61,032 nucleotides of DNA from Ginglymostoma cirratum (taxonomy: Eukaryota), in assembly GCA_024137785.1 (NCBI GenBank), contig JAHRHZ010000085.1:2463456-2524487 (forward strand), written 5' to 3'. The position numbers were made by a program, and so were the translations under genes. Every line of letters starts with the position of its first letter. Within the stretch, counting starts at the first letter, position 1. This document shows, one piece after another, positions 25,661-38,770 of this stretch. The notes beneath the pieces are model-generated. The model did not search any database, had not been told where the DNA came from, and worked only from the letters and a program-made list of their open reading frames with translations.

Positions 25661-26021
25661 ACAGAGTTACCATTTCAAGTCCGATATGACTGAAGAAACC
25701 ATACCACATTCAAAATCTTCTACCTGTTTCTCTCTCTAGCCTTCTCTGTGTTTTTTTTTTGACCTGCAATGAGTGAGGGCGAGTCCAGATCTAGGGGATA
25801 CTGTTTTCAAATTAGTTGTGGCCTTTTTGGACAGAGAGCAGGATTATATTTTCCTCTGAGGAAGGTTCTCAGGATGTATCCAACCAACCCAATTACAGTC
25901 CTATCAGGATCGTCTCATTCATCTGTAAAAAGATGGCTGGCATCCGCAGAGCTCGCACCGGTCCATCAATAACAAGCTCAATGATGCTCAGTTCAATTTC
26001 TACTCAGTTCTTGATTCATTA

Positions 26022-26520
26022 AAGACTTGGATCAGGTTATACAGGACTTTGGTGAGGCAACATTTTGATTACTGTTGACAGTTGTGGAGAGACATTATTA
26101 AATTAGACAGGCTGCAGAAAAGATTTAAAAGGATGTTACCGGCACAGGAGCGTTTGAGTTATGAAGAGAGATGGGATATTCTGGGACTTTTTTCACTGGA
26201 GCATAGGAGGCTGAGGGCTGACATTATAGATGTTTCTAAAATCATTAGGGGCATAAATAAGGCAAATAGCAAAGGTCTTTTTGCTAAGGTCAAGGAGTTC
26301 AAAACTTGGGGTCCCAGTTTTAAGGTGAGAGGAGAAAGATTTAAAAGGGATGTGAGGGGCCATATGTTTTCACACAGTGTCTGGGTCATGTGTGGAATGA
26401 ACTGCCAGAGAAAGTGATGGATGCGTGTACAATGCAGGCGAGTGGGACTAGTTTAGTTTGGGAAACTTGGTCAGCGTGGACATTTTGGACCAAAGGATCT
26501 GCTTCCATTCTCCATGACTC
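26022..26520 (+). mobile_element. CR1 3' fragment
   Basis: DIIKLDRLQKRFKRMLP...LSYEERWDILGLFSLEHRRLRADII. Confidence 0.85.
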
Positions 26521-26589
26521 TTTGGAAGGAAATTAACTAAGGGTGAGGGAAAGGTGGCTTCTTTTGACATCAAGACTACAAGTGACTGA

Positions 26590-26915
26590 GTTCAGCTGAC
26601 TGGCCAGCATTCCTTTCACATCCATAGTTGCCCTTGAGAAGGATGCGGTGAGTTGCCTTCTTAACAGGATGTTGTCCACCTGCTGTGGTTTGACCCACAA
26701 TGCCATTAGGGAGGGAATTCCTGGATTTTGACCCAGCAACAGTGAAGGAGTGCAATATATTTCCAGGTCAGGATGGTAAGTGGTTTGTATGGGAACTTGA
26801 ACATGAACGTGTTCCCATATATCTGCTGCCCTTTTCCTTCCAGATAGATGTGGTCCTGGGTTTGGAAGGAACTATCTGAGGATCTTTCGTGAATTTCTAC
26901 AGTGCATCTTTTAGA
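26590..26915 (-). mobile_element. L2/CR1-group LINE 3' end
   Basis: Same family as 13515-13890. Confidence 0.7.
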
Positions 26916-27174
26916 AATTGGCAACATGCTGAGTCAAAACTTCACTCAAGCCTTCCATCCTGGATTTGCTGATATATTAAGAACAGAATATGCTTGTGCA
27001 GAGTAGTTCCAGTGAAGACAGCAGACGAAACACCAGCTTGTTTTTTTGTTGCGCTCTCTTTGTTTGGATTTAGGGTTCCAGTTGCACATTGGATTACTTC
27101 ACTCCCAATCCCATTAAATAATTCTACTAGTTTATTTGGTGGTCCCATCACAAGTTACTGATTGGGCGTAATGT

Positions 27175-27480
27175 TGGCACAGAGTTGACTCATAGCACCA
27201 GGGACGCAGGATCGAATCCACCCTCGGGCGACTGTCTGTGTGGAGTTTGCACATTCTCCCCGTGTCTGCCTGGGTTTCCTCCGGGTGCTCCGGTTTCCTC
27301 CCACAGTTTAAAGATGTACAGTTTGGATGGATTGTTAATGCAAAATTACCTGTTGTGTACAGGATAGGTGGGTGAGCCATGGTAACTGTAAGGTGACGGG
27401 GATCGCGTGGGATGCTCGTTGAATGGTCGGTGTGAACTCGATGGGTAAAAGGCCTCTCGCCGCACTGTAAGGATGTGATT
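27175..27480 (+). mobile_element. HE1-type SINE
   Basis: gactgtctgtgtggagtttgcacattctccccgtgtctgc core. Confidence 0.88.
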
Positions 27481-29357
27481 CAAAGGCAGGAGCAATGTAT
27501 ATAGAGTTTGGACGATACCAGGGCTTATTCAAGAATTGATGTAAATTAGTGCATATTCCCATGGACCATTGACTGAGAAGTTGTTCAGAGTGTCTGTGCG
27601 ACCTCGATGGACCGAATGGGCTCTTTCTGCACTGTAGGAATTCAAAGTTGATGTCTCGTCTGAAATGACAATTAACATTCAGTTAAAGTTTATCCGTGAA
27701 AGAACAAACAAAGTTCGCAACTCTTCATAAGGTGCTATTTTTCTGGAAAATTTGAAGTTGATTTATTAGGTAAGCCTCGCAGTGGAGACTCCCCTTCATT
27801 TCCAACATTAGAGTCTGAGGTGAGAAACACACGATGATGCTTCGAAGATAGCTGCTACATTGAAATGGCTGTAGAAAGTATCTCAGTGAATTTGCTGAAA
27901 ATATACACACACCTCATACTCTGACATGAAGTCACTTCGAAACAGAAACGCGTTTTGTTTTTTTTTATGCACAGTGCGTTCGAAAAAGCACTGAACGGAC
28001 GTGTTCGTTCTACTCACTCAGAGAGCAGCCTCTGAGCCAGAGACTTGTTGATTTATTGTGCAATAGGTCCCACTCAGCCGAGCCGACAAGCAAGTGGAAA
28101 CATTCGAGAGTTCACCTCAACTTCCCTCTACTGCTGGTTTCATACTTCTGTTAAGAAGTCCCAAAGACTTTGATTTCACGCTCTCGGTTTTGATCAGTTT
28201 TAGCTTTCAGTTATTTATATTTCGTAACATAAACAATAGCTGCCGCTCTTTACTCTACCACCAGTGGATCAGCTCAAAACGCCGCATTTCTCGAATTTGA
28301 GAACTGATAAAAAAACAGCTCAATTGTTTCAGATCTCGGCTTCAGGGCCACACACATGTTTAACCATTGGTCTTTCTGTACGGCTGCAGACAAACATCTG
28401 TCTGACAATGTGGATAAGTGTCAGTTACTGGCGGGTCACCGGACTCGAAAAGTTAACTCTGATCTTTTCTTCACCGATGCTGCCAGACCTGCTGAGCTTT
28501 TCCAGCAACTTGTATTTTTGTTCGTGTTTTACTCAACAGTGTTATGAACAAACCAACGCATCAATAGCCCGTGAATTTTTAAAAAAAAGTTCTGCCAGGT
28601 TTTTATGTTCTTTCCAGACATTATTATCGGGTTGGCTCTTTGAATGAAACTGACAATACAGCTTTATTGTGATGCTTTCGCGATGTGGACGTTGTTGGCG
28701 AGGCCAGTATTTACTGGAAACACCTAAATGCTCCTGAGAAAGCTGACGCGGGCTGCTTTCTTAATCCGGTGTCGGCAACGTGGCGCAGATAAACCGAGTC
28801 AGCAGCTGGGGGGGAATACAGGAGGGTTTCAGAAGCAGGGCAGGGGATCGCTGTTTGTTGATCCATATCGTTGCTTGGAAGTACATTACTTCTCTGTAAA
28901 CAGTAGAATTCAGGAGTTTCCTGAAATCTTGCTACTTGCCTGAATGGTTACAGCTTCCGCAGAACTGAGAAGGACGGTGAAACTGACAGACAAGACATTC
29001 ATTGTCTTAAAGCTTCAAGAAAGAAACACTGTCTCTGGATTAATTGTCAGGGATTCCCCAAAACAGTGAATAAACAAAATGTTATTCACTATTATTTAAT
29101 TGCACTGGACATGTTAATTGAACTCATCTCAATTTAAATCTAAATGCTACGGTGCCGTCTTGGATTCGATGGATTTCTGAGCGAAATATTCAGTGCGGCG
29201 TCTTCGTGAACTTCAGTGGGTGTCTCCGCCAGGGAAAGTGGGAACTTTTTGTACTACGGCTACCCGAAACATCAGCAAAATTAAGCAAATCCATATCATT
29301 CACGATCCGGTGTCAGCAACTTCATTTAATCAGACAAACTGCTACCTGCAAGAAATA

Positions 29358-30095
29358 AGTCAGATGTCACACGACACCGGGTTACAGTCCAACAGGGTTA
29401 TTTGAAATCACAAGCTTTCGAAGCGCTGCGCTTCACCTGACGAAGGAGCAACAATCCGAAAGCTTCTGATTTCGAATAAACCTGCTGGACGCTAGTGCGG
29501 CCTCACTTGGAATATTGCGTACAGTTCTGGTCGCCCCATTACAGGAAGGATGTGGAAGCATTGGAAAAGGTGCAGAGGAGATTTACCAGGATGTTGCCTG
29601 GTCTGGAGCGAAGGTCTTATGAGGAAAGGCTGAGGGACTTGGGTCTGTTCTCATTGGAGAGAAGAAGGCTAAAAGGGGATTTAATAGAGACATACAAAAT
29701 GATCAGAGGATTAGATAGGGTGGACAGTGAGAGTCTTTTTCCCAGGATGATGACGTCGGCTAGTACGAGGGGGCATAGCTGCAAATTGAGGGGTGACAGA
29801 TTTAAGACAGATGTCAGAGGCAGGTTCTTTACTCAGAGAGTGGTGAGGGCGTGGAATGCCCTGTCTGCCAACGTAGTTAACTCAGCCACATTAGGGGCAT
29901 TTAAACAGTCCTTGGATAAGCATATGGATGATGATGGGATAGTGTAGGGGGATGGGCTTAGATTAGTTCACAGATCGGCGCAACATCGAGGGCCGAAGGG
30001 CCTGTTCTGCGCTGTATTGTTCTATGTTCTATGTTCTATGTTCTATAACCTGATGTCGTGTGACTTCTGACTTTGTCTATCCCATTCCAACACTG
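29358..30095. mobile_element. Fold-back Penelope-derived repeat (second family) with a nested CR1 fragment
   Basis: Arms gtcacacgacacc...caagctttcg and cgaaagctt...gtcgtgtgacttctgac are reverse complements; hammerhead core at 29437-29465. Confidence 0.75.
29493..30044 (+). mobile_element. Young CR1 3' fragment
   Basis: Uninterrupted 150 aa RPHLEYCVQFWSPHYRKDVEALEKVQRRFTRMLPGL...; (ttctatg)n tail. Confidence 0.95.
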
Positions 30096-30243
30096 GAAAT
30101 AAAACGTTGAGTTTTTACAGAATTAAGTCATTGATTCAGTGGCCAGGGAAAATACTCATTAAGTTTATGCACGATTGACGTCAGTTACTTCATAAGTTCT
30201 GTTATTTTTCAAGCCTTAATTAAATTACAAATGCCTTTGAACA

Positions 30244-30545
30244 ATAGAATCCCTACAGTGTAGTACATCGACCTTCCGAAGAGCATCCTACCCGATCCCC
30301 GTTACATCCCCACACCGCAACCCGGCATTCCCGCGGCTAACCCACCTTTACCTGCATATCCCTGGACACTGCGGACAATGGCCAATCCGCCAAACCTGCA
30401 CATCTTTGGACTGCGGGAGGAAATGGTAAAAACCCACTCAGACACGGGAATAATGTGCAAACCCCACACAGATAGTCACCATCTTGAACACGGATCCCTG
30501 GCACTGGGAGGCAGCAGTGCCAGCCACTGAGCCGCGGTGCCACCG
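30244..30545 (-). mobile_element. HE1-type SINE
   Basis: Minus-strand head ggtggcaccgcggctcagtggctggcactgctgcc plus core. Confidence 0.8.
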
Positions 30546-30981
30546 AAACACGTGTTTCCTTTGAAAGGGTCTCAGTGGTCTCCTGTGCCTGAATTGAAAT
30601 TCTGAGAAAAATGTTCTCAAAGAAAGGGTATTATCGTTATGTGGACATGGGTAAAAACAAAGGATGGAGTTTTGTATTGGTCCGGCCGATATTGCATTCA
30701 ACCCTGGTGGGTCATGTGAGTGGATATGGACTCTAGCAGTAGTTTCACCGATGGTGAAACTACTGCTCGAGTCCATATCCACTCACATGACCCACCAGGC
30801 TAGAGTTTGCGAAAACTGTAGTTGTCTATCCGTGTTATCATTTCCGCTCACTGTTCTCACAACAAGATCTTACATGAAAACGCATGCATGTTGCGCACGT
30901 ACTTCATAATGACGCAAGTGGTTAAAATCGATTCATTACTTATGTTCCAATAAACCTTCACCAATTCTCTTTTTCTCTCCA

Positions 30982-31069
30982 ATGTATGTTCTGCCAGATT
31001 TTCGTTGTCGCTATGTTTGTGAATGGATCACTGTGGAACTTATGTTTTTTTTGTGCATTTCGTATCCAG
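30982..31069 (+). CDS. Candidate leader exon of gene B (MYVLPDFRCRYVCEWITVELMFFLCISYP, or starting at ATG 31042)
   Basis: Open frame ending cca g|gtatat (phase 1) fits the V-exon acceptor ttaacag|tt at 31386. Alternative: in-exon ATG at 31353 (MLNHCTYLLLTVAVCTS). Confidence 0.35.
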
Positions 31070-31386
31070 GTATATGTTTGTTCTTGGAGTGTTTGAAAAG
31101 TTCTTTCTCAAGACGGAAAAATAATTGAACTGATATTTGACAGATAATCGGACACTTTCTTCCGTTATGTTTTTCACGTCAGAGTTCCTCGTCCCAAGAA
31201 TCCTCTGGATAAGTGAAAAAAATATTGGCGCGACTTCAGTTCGGGCAGAAATTCAGATATTGGAGCAGAATTCAAAGAGCAAGACATATTAAATTGTTTC
31301 TATATGAGTGTATTGGATTATTTATGTTATTTCATGTTGCAGTTCATCATCCATGTTGAATCATTGTACGTATCTTTTGTTAACAG

Positions 31387-31698
31387 TTGCTGTCTGCACT
31401 TCGGACAACGTTACTCCGGATATTAGGCAAATAAAGACCCTGATAAATACAACAGTCACCCTGCGATGCCCTTTCTCCTTCGAAGTCAACCATTCAAACA
31501 CAAATGTTTTCTGGTTCAGAGAAGGCAGTGAGACGCTTCTAAAGGAAGGCAGCAGAATACTCTTCAATGTAAAGAGAGGGGGAGCCTACCTTCATCTCTT
31601 TAATGTGACTGTTCTGGATGCTGGAACATATTACTGTATCGTCAAAAATCAGCATCAAACGGTCTCTGGGAAACAAGCAACGCAACTTGTTGTTTACG
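31387..31698 (+). CDS. Gene B V-set Ig exon with germline-joined J-like G strand
   Basis: VTLRC, VFWFR, AYLHL, DAGTYYC, SGKQATQLVVY; donor tac g|gttagt, phase 1; no stops. Confidence 0.93.
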
Positions 31699-32396
31699 GT
31701 TAGTGCCACCACAGTAAACGTTAAGTCTTGGTTCCAATGAACAGTGAATGTGAGTTAGCAGTTGCTTTTTCACAAACATATACAATGAGTATATAATCGT
31801 TCACTTTTTCGAAACGACATGTTCGATAGTGTGTTAAAGAACAGCATTACCTGCGACACGACACACTTCAGCAATTGCGCTTTATCAGCAAATGGTATTG
31901 AAATTTGTGTTGTATAGAAAGCTAATGCAAGACTTCCAAATGAAGCACTTTTCACAATTTAAGCATGGTGTAACAGAGTGAATTATCCAGAGGTTATTGA
32001 CAATATTAAGCATTTTAAATGTCACTTTATTTTCAACTTTGAAAAGCCAAGTTCCTATTCCCCTCGTTTGGACGGCGGCCGTCTCGTTTTCTATGATTCA
32101 GTTCCCAAACCGCTGATTGTGAGGAGCGTACATGATGACAACTCAAATATATTTTTATAAATTAATATGCACACAAAATAGTATCCAATTTTGCTGAACA
32201 TACAGGTGATGTATCAATTGCATTAGGAGGTCGCTACGTGATCAAAGTAATAGCAAGCCCTACCAGTATAAATAATGACGATCAATGCAGCTGCCGTACC
32301 CAGAAGTAACAGTGAGTTAGTTCATGAAATAGTTTACGTTTTTTGAGGACAAGTCCAACGTTCACATTTATTTAAATGTTGTTATTTACAAAGCAG

Positions 32397-32702
32397 CTTC
32401 ACCAGCTCCACTAAAAATTGTATTGATACGTTCCGAAGATCCTTCATCTGCTTCTTTCAAGCTGCAATGCAGGACATCTGGCTTTTCTCCGGAAGACTTT
32501 AACCTTACTTGGCGCAGAAACGGTACACAAATCTTCACTGGATTTAGAAATGTACACCAGGCAAAAGGCGAGGGACTTTATGAAGTGGTCAGCTCCTTGG
32601 ACGTGCCAAATATACCAGAAAGTGACACAGTCTACCTGTGTCAAGTATATCATGTTTCGAGCTCATTTCCAGTAAATGCCAGCTGCACTCTTACGAAAGA
32701 AG
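32397..32702 (+). CDS. Gene B C1-set Ig exon
   Basis: LQCRTSGFSPEDFNLTWRRNG...GLYEVVSSL...YLCQVYH (C1 signatures); acceptor aaagcag|, donor gaa g|gtaaga, phase 1-1. Confidence 0.93.
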
Positions 32703-33037
32703 GTAAGATTCTATGACACGTTGTACGTTAATCTTTCAGACACCGTTTGAAAAGATTCACGAAGTAGAAAGTGATTACTACAGTCAATTACCTATGATTA
32801 TGTCAATCCTACAATTTGACGCTGTTGTATGGTTAAAGATTTCCTTTCTTCAGCTTATTCTGAAGGTGTTTAGCATGTTGTCATGTGAGGTACTGCCAAA
32901 AGTGAATATTCGTCATTGAGAGGTCCCATAATTTTAATTAAATACACAATGTTACAATTGATTTCCGAACGTACATTCAATGTTAAATTCCATAACTGGA
33001 TCCGTTAAAGAGTGACAAAGAGATCGAGAGGAAAATA

Positions 33038-35772
33038 TGCGGATTGGCCATGCTAACATTGCCTGTAGTGTTCAGGGATGTGTAGATTAGATGGATTATG
33101 GGAGTTATGTACGGACCTCCTAACAGTGGTCAGGACCAGGGGTGCAAGATGCACCGGGAAATAGATAGGGCATGTCAGAAAGGCAAGGTCACGGTGATCA
33201 TGGGGGACTTCAATATGCAGGTGGACTGGGTGAATAATATTGCCGGTGGATCCAAAGAAAGGGAATTCATGGAATGCCTCCAGGATGGCTTTTTGGAACA
33301 GCTTGTGATGGAGCCCACAAGGGAGCAGGCTATTCTGGACTTAGTGCTATGTAATGAGCCAGACTTTATAAAAGATCTTAAAGTAAGGGAACACTTAGGA
33401 GGCAGCGATCATAATATGGTAGAGTTCAGTCTGTGGTTTGAAAGAGAGAAGACAAAATTGGATGTAATGGTGGTACAATTAAATAAAGGTAATTACAGGG
33501 GCATGAGAGAGGAACTGACGAAAATCGTCAGTTGGAAGCAGAGCCTAGCAGGGAAGACAGTAGAGCAACAATGGCAGGAGTTTCTGGGTGCAATTGAGGA
33601 CACAATACAGAGATTCATCCCAAAGAAAAGAAAGATTACCCGGGGGAGGATTAGACAGCCATGGCTGACAAAGGAAGTCAAGAAATGTATCAAAGAAAAA
33701 GAGACAGCCTAAATAGTGGCCAAGAGCACTGGAAAATCAGAAGATTGGGAAGGGTACAAGAACAAACAGAGGATAACAAAGAGAGAAATAAGGAAGGAGA
33801 GGACCGAATATGAAGGTAGGCTAGCCAGTAATATTAGAAATGATAGTAAAAGTTTCTTTCAATACATAAGAAACAAACGAGAGGCAAAAGTAAACACTGG
33901 CTGCTCCAAATTGATGCTGGAAAGCTAGTGATGGGAGATAAGGAAATAGCTGAAGACCTTAAGAAGTATTTTGCGTCAGTCTTCACAGTGGAAGACATGA
34001 GTAATATCCCAACAATTAAGGATAGTCAGGGGGCAGAGTTGAGTATGGTAGGCTTTACAAAAGAGAAGGTGCTAGAAAAGCTAAAAGGTCTAAAAATTGA
34101 TAAATCTCCTGGCCCCGATGGGCTACATCCTAGAGTTCTGAGGGAGGTGGCTGAGGAAATAACGGAGGCTATTGTGATCTTTCACAAGTCACTGGAGTCA
34201 GGGGAAGTCCCAGATGATTGGAAAATCGCTGTTGTAACCCTCTTGTTTAAGAAAGGATCAAGACAAAAAATGGAAAATTATAGGCCGATTCGCCTAACCT
34301 CGGTTGTTGGTAAAATTCTAGAATCTATCGTTAAGGATGAGATTTCTAAATTCTTGGAAGTGCAGGGTCAGATTAGAACAAGTCAGCATAGATTTAGTAA
34401 GGGGAAGCCGTGTCTGACAAACCTGTTAGAATTCTTTGAAGAGGTAACAAGTAGGTTAGACCAGGGGAACCCAGTAGATGTTATCTATCTAGACTTCCAA
34501 AAGGCCTTTGATCAGGTGCTTCACGGGAGGCTGCTGAGGAAGGTGAGGGCCCATGGTGTTTGAGGTGAGTTACTGGCATGGATCGAGGATTGGCTATCTG
34601 ACAGAAGGCAGAGAGTTGGGATAAAAGGCTCTTTTTCAGAATGGCAACTGGTGACAAGTGGTGTCCCGCAGGGTTCAGTGTTGGGGCTGCAGCTGTTCAC
34701 TTTATACATTAATGATCTGGATGAAGGGACTGGGGGCATTCTGGCAAAGTTTGCCGATGATACGAAGTTGGGTGGACAGGCAGGTAGTACGGAGGAGGTG
34801 GGGAGGCTGCAGAACGATTTAGACAGTTTAGGAGAGTGGTCCAGGAAATGGCTGATGAAATTCAAAGTGAGCAAATGTGAGGTCTTGCACTTTGGAAAAA
34901 AGAATACAGGAATGGGCTATTTTCTGAACGGTGAGAAAATTCATAAAGCCGAAGTACAAAGGGATCTGGGAGTGCTAGTACAGGATTCTCTAAAGGTTAA
35001 CTTGCAGGTTGAGTCCGTGATTAAGAAAGCAAATGGAATGTTGTCATTTATCTCAAGAGGGTTGGAATATAAAAGCAGCAATGTGCTTCTGAGACTTTAT
35101 AAAGCTCTCGTTAGGCCCCATTTAGAATACTGTGTCCAATTTTGGGGCCCACACCTTAGGAAGGACATACTGGCACTGGAGCATGTCCAGCGGAGATTCA
35201 CACGGATGATCCCTGGAATAGTAGGCCTAACATAGGATGAACGGCTGAGGATCCTGGGATTGTATTCATTCGAGTTTAGAAGGTTGAGGGGAGATCTAAT
35301 AGAAACTTACAAGATAATGCATGGCTTAGAAAGGGTGGACGCTGGGAAGTTGTTTCCGTTAGGTGGGGATACTGGGACCCGTGGGCACAGCCTTAGAATT
35401 CGAGGGGGTCAATTTAGAACGGAAATGAGGAGACATTTCTTCAGCCAGAGAGTGGTGGGCCTGTGGACTTCATTGCCACGGAGCGCAATGGAGGCCAGGA
35501 CGTTGAATGTCTTCAAGGCAGAGATTGATAAATTCTTGATCTCGCAAGGAATCAAGGGCTCCAGGGAGAGTGCAGGTAAGTGGAGTTGAAATGCCCATCA
35601 GCCATGATTAAATGGCGGAGTGGACTCGATGGGCCGAATGGTCTTACGTCCACTCCTATGTCTTATGGTCTTCTGGTCTTATTATAGGGGGATGGGTCTG
35701 GATGGGATGCTGTAAGGTTGGTGTGGACTTGTTGGGCCGAAGGGCCTGTTTCCACACTGTAGGGATTCTATG
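33038..35772 (+). mobile_element. HE1 SINE 3' part split by a CR1 insertion (33038-33097 and ~35681-35772)
   Basis: attggccatgctaacattgcc...gattagatggattat resumes as attataggggg...ccacactgtagggattcta after the LINE. Confidence 0.75.
33098..35680 (+). mobile_element. 5'-truncated CR1 LINE ORF2 (end of APE, full RT) with few disablements
   Basis: MGDFN, ILDLVL, SDHN (APE); YLDFQKAFD, GVPQGSVLG, KFADDTKL (RT); a few stops and frameshifts; (tcttatgg)n-like tail. Confidence 0.97.
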
Positions 35773-35999
35773 CTTCTAAAATCAGTTAATAAACGTGGAG
35801 CTGGAAAAACACAGCGGGTCAGAGAGCATCCGAGGAGCACGAAAGTCAATGTTTCAGGCCGAAATGTTGACTTTCCTGCTCCTGCAATGCTGTCGGACCT
35901 GCTGTGCTTTTCGACCTCCACACTTATTGATTCTAGCTTCCAGCCTCTGCCGTCCTTACCGTCAGCGAGCGGAATATCATCAGGTTATACAGCACAGAA

Positions 36000-36440
36000 A
36001 AAGCCCTTTGGTCCATTGGGTGCAGCACACCTATTTACACTAATCACACTTTCCAGCACTTCGCCCAAAGCCTTGAAAGTTATGACATTTTAATTGCTCG
36101 TCCACGTACATTTCTTAAAGCTTTCCCTCCTGCACTACCCTCCCAAGCAGTGCATTTTTGTTGCCCAATACACTCTCGGTGGAAAAATAAATTCTCCATG
36201 TTGCTCTAAACCTCTTGACTTTACCCCTACAAATTATGACTACACGTTACTTACCCTTCAATTAAAGGGAGCAGTTGCTTTACGTCCACCCTGTCCCTGC
36301 CTTCATAACCGTATACACCTCGATCAGGGCTCCCCTCAAACTTCTCTGCTCCAAACAAAACAGTGTGTCCTTCTCCAGAAACTTCACAGCTAAAATGTTC
36401 AAAACCAGGCAGCATCCTGGTGAATCTCCTTTACACCCTC
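36000..36440 (-). mobile_element. Old CR1 3' fragment
   Basis: Decayed reverse-strand CR1 3' end. Confidence 0.6.
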
Positions 36441-38770
36441 CCCAGTGCAATCAAATCTGGGAGGCCTAAAGTATCGAACAGATTATTTTAAGGTCTGATT
36501 GAAATGATTACAAGAAGACTAGTGAACTCATTATATAGCTCATTTATTCGGTTAATACTTCATACGTATATAAATTAAGGGTTGACATTTTACATTATGG
36601 ACAGATATTAAAATGAAATGGTTAATTTAAACTATTCAGATATATGTTTAAAAGCGATTCTCATACTGCCTTTCGGACTCGGCGGGGACTTTGGCGATGG
36701 CGGCACTTGGAGCTCTATCTCAGATTCCACGGCGTCCGTCTCACGAACTCCAGGCCAACGGGGAAAGTCTAATGACTGGGGCAAATTCCCCGATATTATT
36801 ACTGTTTTGAATCTACTGTTACATGCTACAGCACCATTTCATAGAACTTACAATATTTTTCCCGGTATAGCACTGTGCAGAAAAAAAACTGAAAAAATCT
36901 TCCGGATGGCTCCTTTTTAACCGCACGTTATTCTGTTTCCCACCCAGCCAAGGTCACACAGTTACCTCCCAGACAAAGAAGGCCGTTTTTACACTAAACA
37001 TGTCATTTTCCACTTGCCTTCAATTGCTGATTTCCATGTCCAAATACCCTTTCATGATTAACCCTGAATGGTATGGTTTGGAGATGTCTTTTTAAAGCCC
37101 ACACTACACACCTACAAAATAGATTATCAAAACCTTATGCAAGCACGTACATGCTGCTCAATAGCTGCAAGTTCTTTATACATGCGATATAGTTCACAGG
37201 CCATTACACGGTTATGTAAAAACGAGAAATAAACAATTAACAATAATATAAACAATAGGATACCATAACAGTGAGAGTACTGCTGAAGCGTTCGGTGACC
37301 ACCTGTTAAATATAACCCACTAATGATGCATAGTTAGGGCTCCGAAATTGCCTGCTTTGTGAATCAATTGATCGTGGCTGTAAGTCATGGCAATTTCTTG
37401 CTGTAAGAAGCATGGTGTACTGTTGCCAAATGAGAACTAATGTGCTGATGCTTGGCAAGGAAAGCCTGCAATTTCTTAAATATCACATGAAGAGGTGCTA
37501 TTAGCAAACTGCCAAACCTTGTCGCTCAAAAATCAATTTGCCAATTCTCAATGGGCTAATGGTTTGGCCCACACAGTAAGTAGTTTAATACCTTTCTTAT
37601 GTACTTGCCCAGCTTTATCAATTCTATTTTATTCAGTCTCAATACCCATGGAAGTTAATACACCTTTTCCCGCCTCTGATCAACCTAGAATAGTGACGAG
37701 TACGTTTCTCCTGCCTCTCCTCTGTAATGTTGACCGTGTGTACATCGAGCGGCAATGGGAAGATTATTTATTTCCATTAGTTATCTCCATTGTCCTCGTT
37801 AAAATGATATTCGGTTTGGGGCGCAGGTATCATACCAAAGCTGAAGATGGGGTGACTGTATGGCATTTAATGGGGCTGAATTCATAGCCCATCGTAATAA
37901 GCCACAAGATGGTTTACGCCCCATTATCTCTCTAGCTTTTTGACACAGCAGCGAATCACCCCGCATATGAGCCACTGCCAGGCAACATCTCCCTTTGGCG
38001 CTGTGTCCCAAACTCCCAGTAAGAAACCAGTTCAGTGGTGAGGTGTAATTATGTTAAGTGAGGGACATGCCTTCTTCAATAACCTAGCATCGCCACAAAG
38101 TTTGGGCCATTTCTTTAGCAGTGCCAGAGTGGGCCTGCACCTCACTCATTTTATTTCTCACATTGTTTGGAATCATACGCTCTGCCTAGCCCGTTGTATG
38201 CTCAGCAAAACAACACGCTGGCTTGGTCCCTGGATTTTCTGAGGATTAATTTCCCAGTATTTATTTCCGTAGGTGCTGAGTCAAAGTAGCCGTGTCCTCG
38301 GCTGTTGCTTCCTCTGAAGAGCCACGTAGCAATATATCATCAATATAAAGCGCTGTTATATCGCTGGAGAGAGGGAACATCTCCAGATCTTAGCTATTAA
38401 ACCGTGGCAGAGAGTTGGGTTGTGCATGTAGCCCCCGCAATTTACAAACTGAGAGTTCTCCGCCCTCCCGTGTGAAAGCAAATTCCTCATCAAGGAAATG
38501 AAAGTATTAGGTCGGTAGATTCCAGCAAACCATTCAACAGTTCCCAATGACAGTTGCTCCGGTAATGTTACAATGTCTGGGAGAGCCAATGCTAACGCTG
38601 GGGCGTGTTGGTTTAACCGTCAGCTATTGACAGTCATTCTCCAGTTACCACCTGGTTTCTGTATTGACCACACAAGGCGGTTATACAGGAAGACAGCAGG
38701 TCATAGAATCCTTCTTGTCACTGACCCTTCAGTAGTGTCTCTGATCTCCTTGTGCCCTCAATACTGCTTA

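Noticed and set aside
31710-31748. CACAGTA heptamer-like sequence after the V exon
   Set aside because: No nonamer at 12 or 23 spacing, and it lies in the intron after an already joined J-like strand.
33098-35589. CR1 as an active or domesticated RT gene
   Set aside because: 5'-truncated with several stops and frameshifts.
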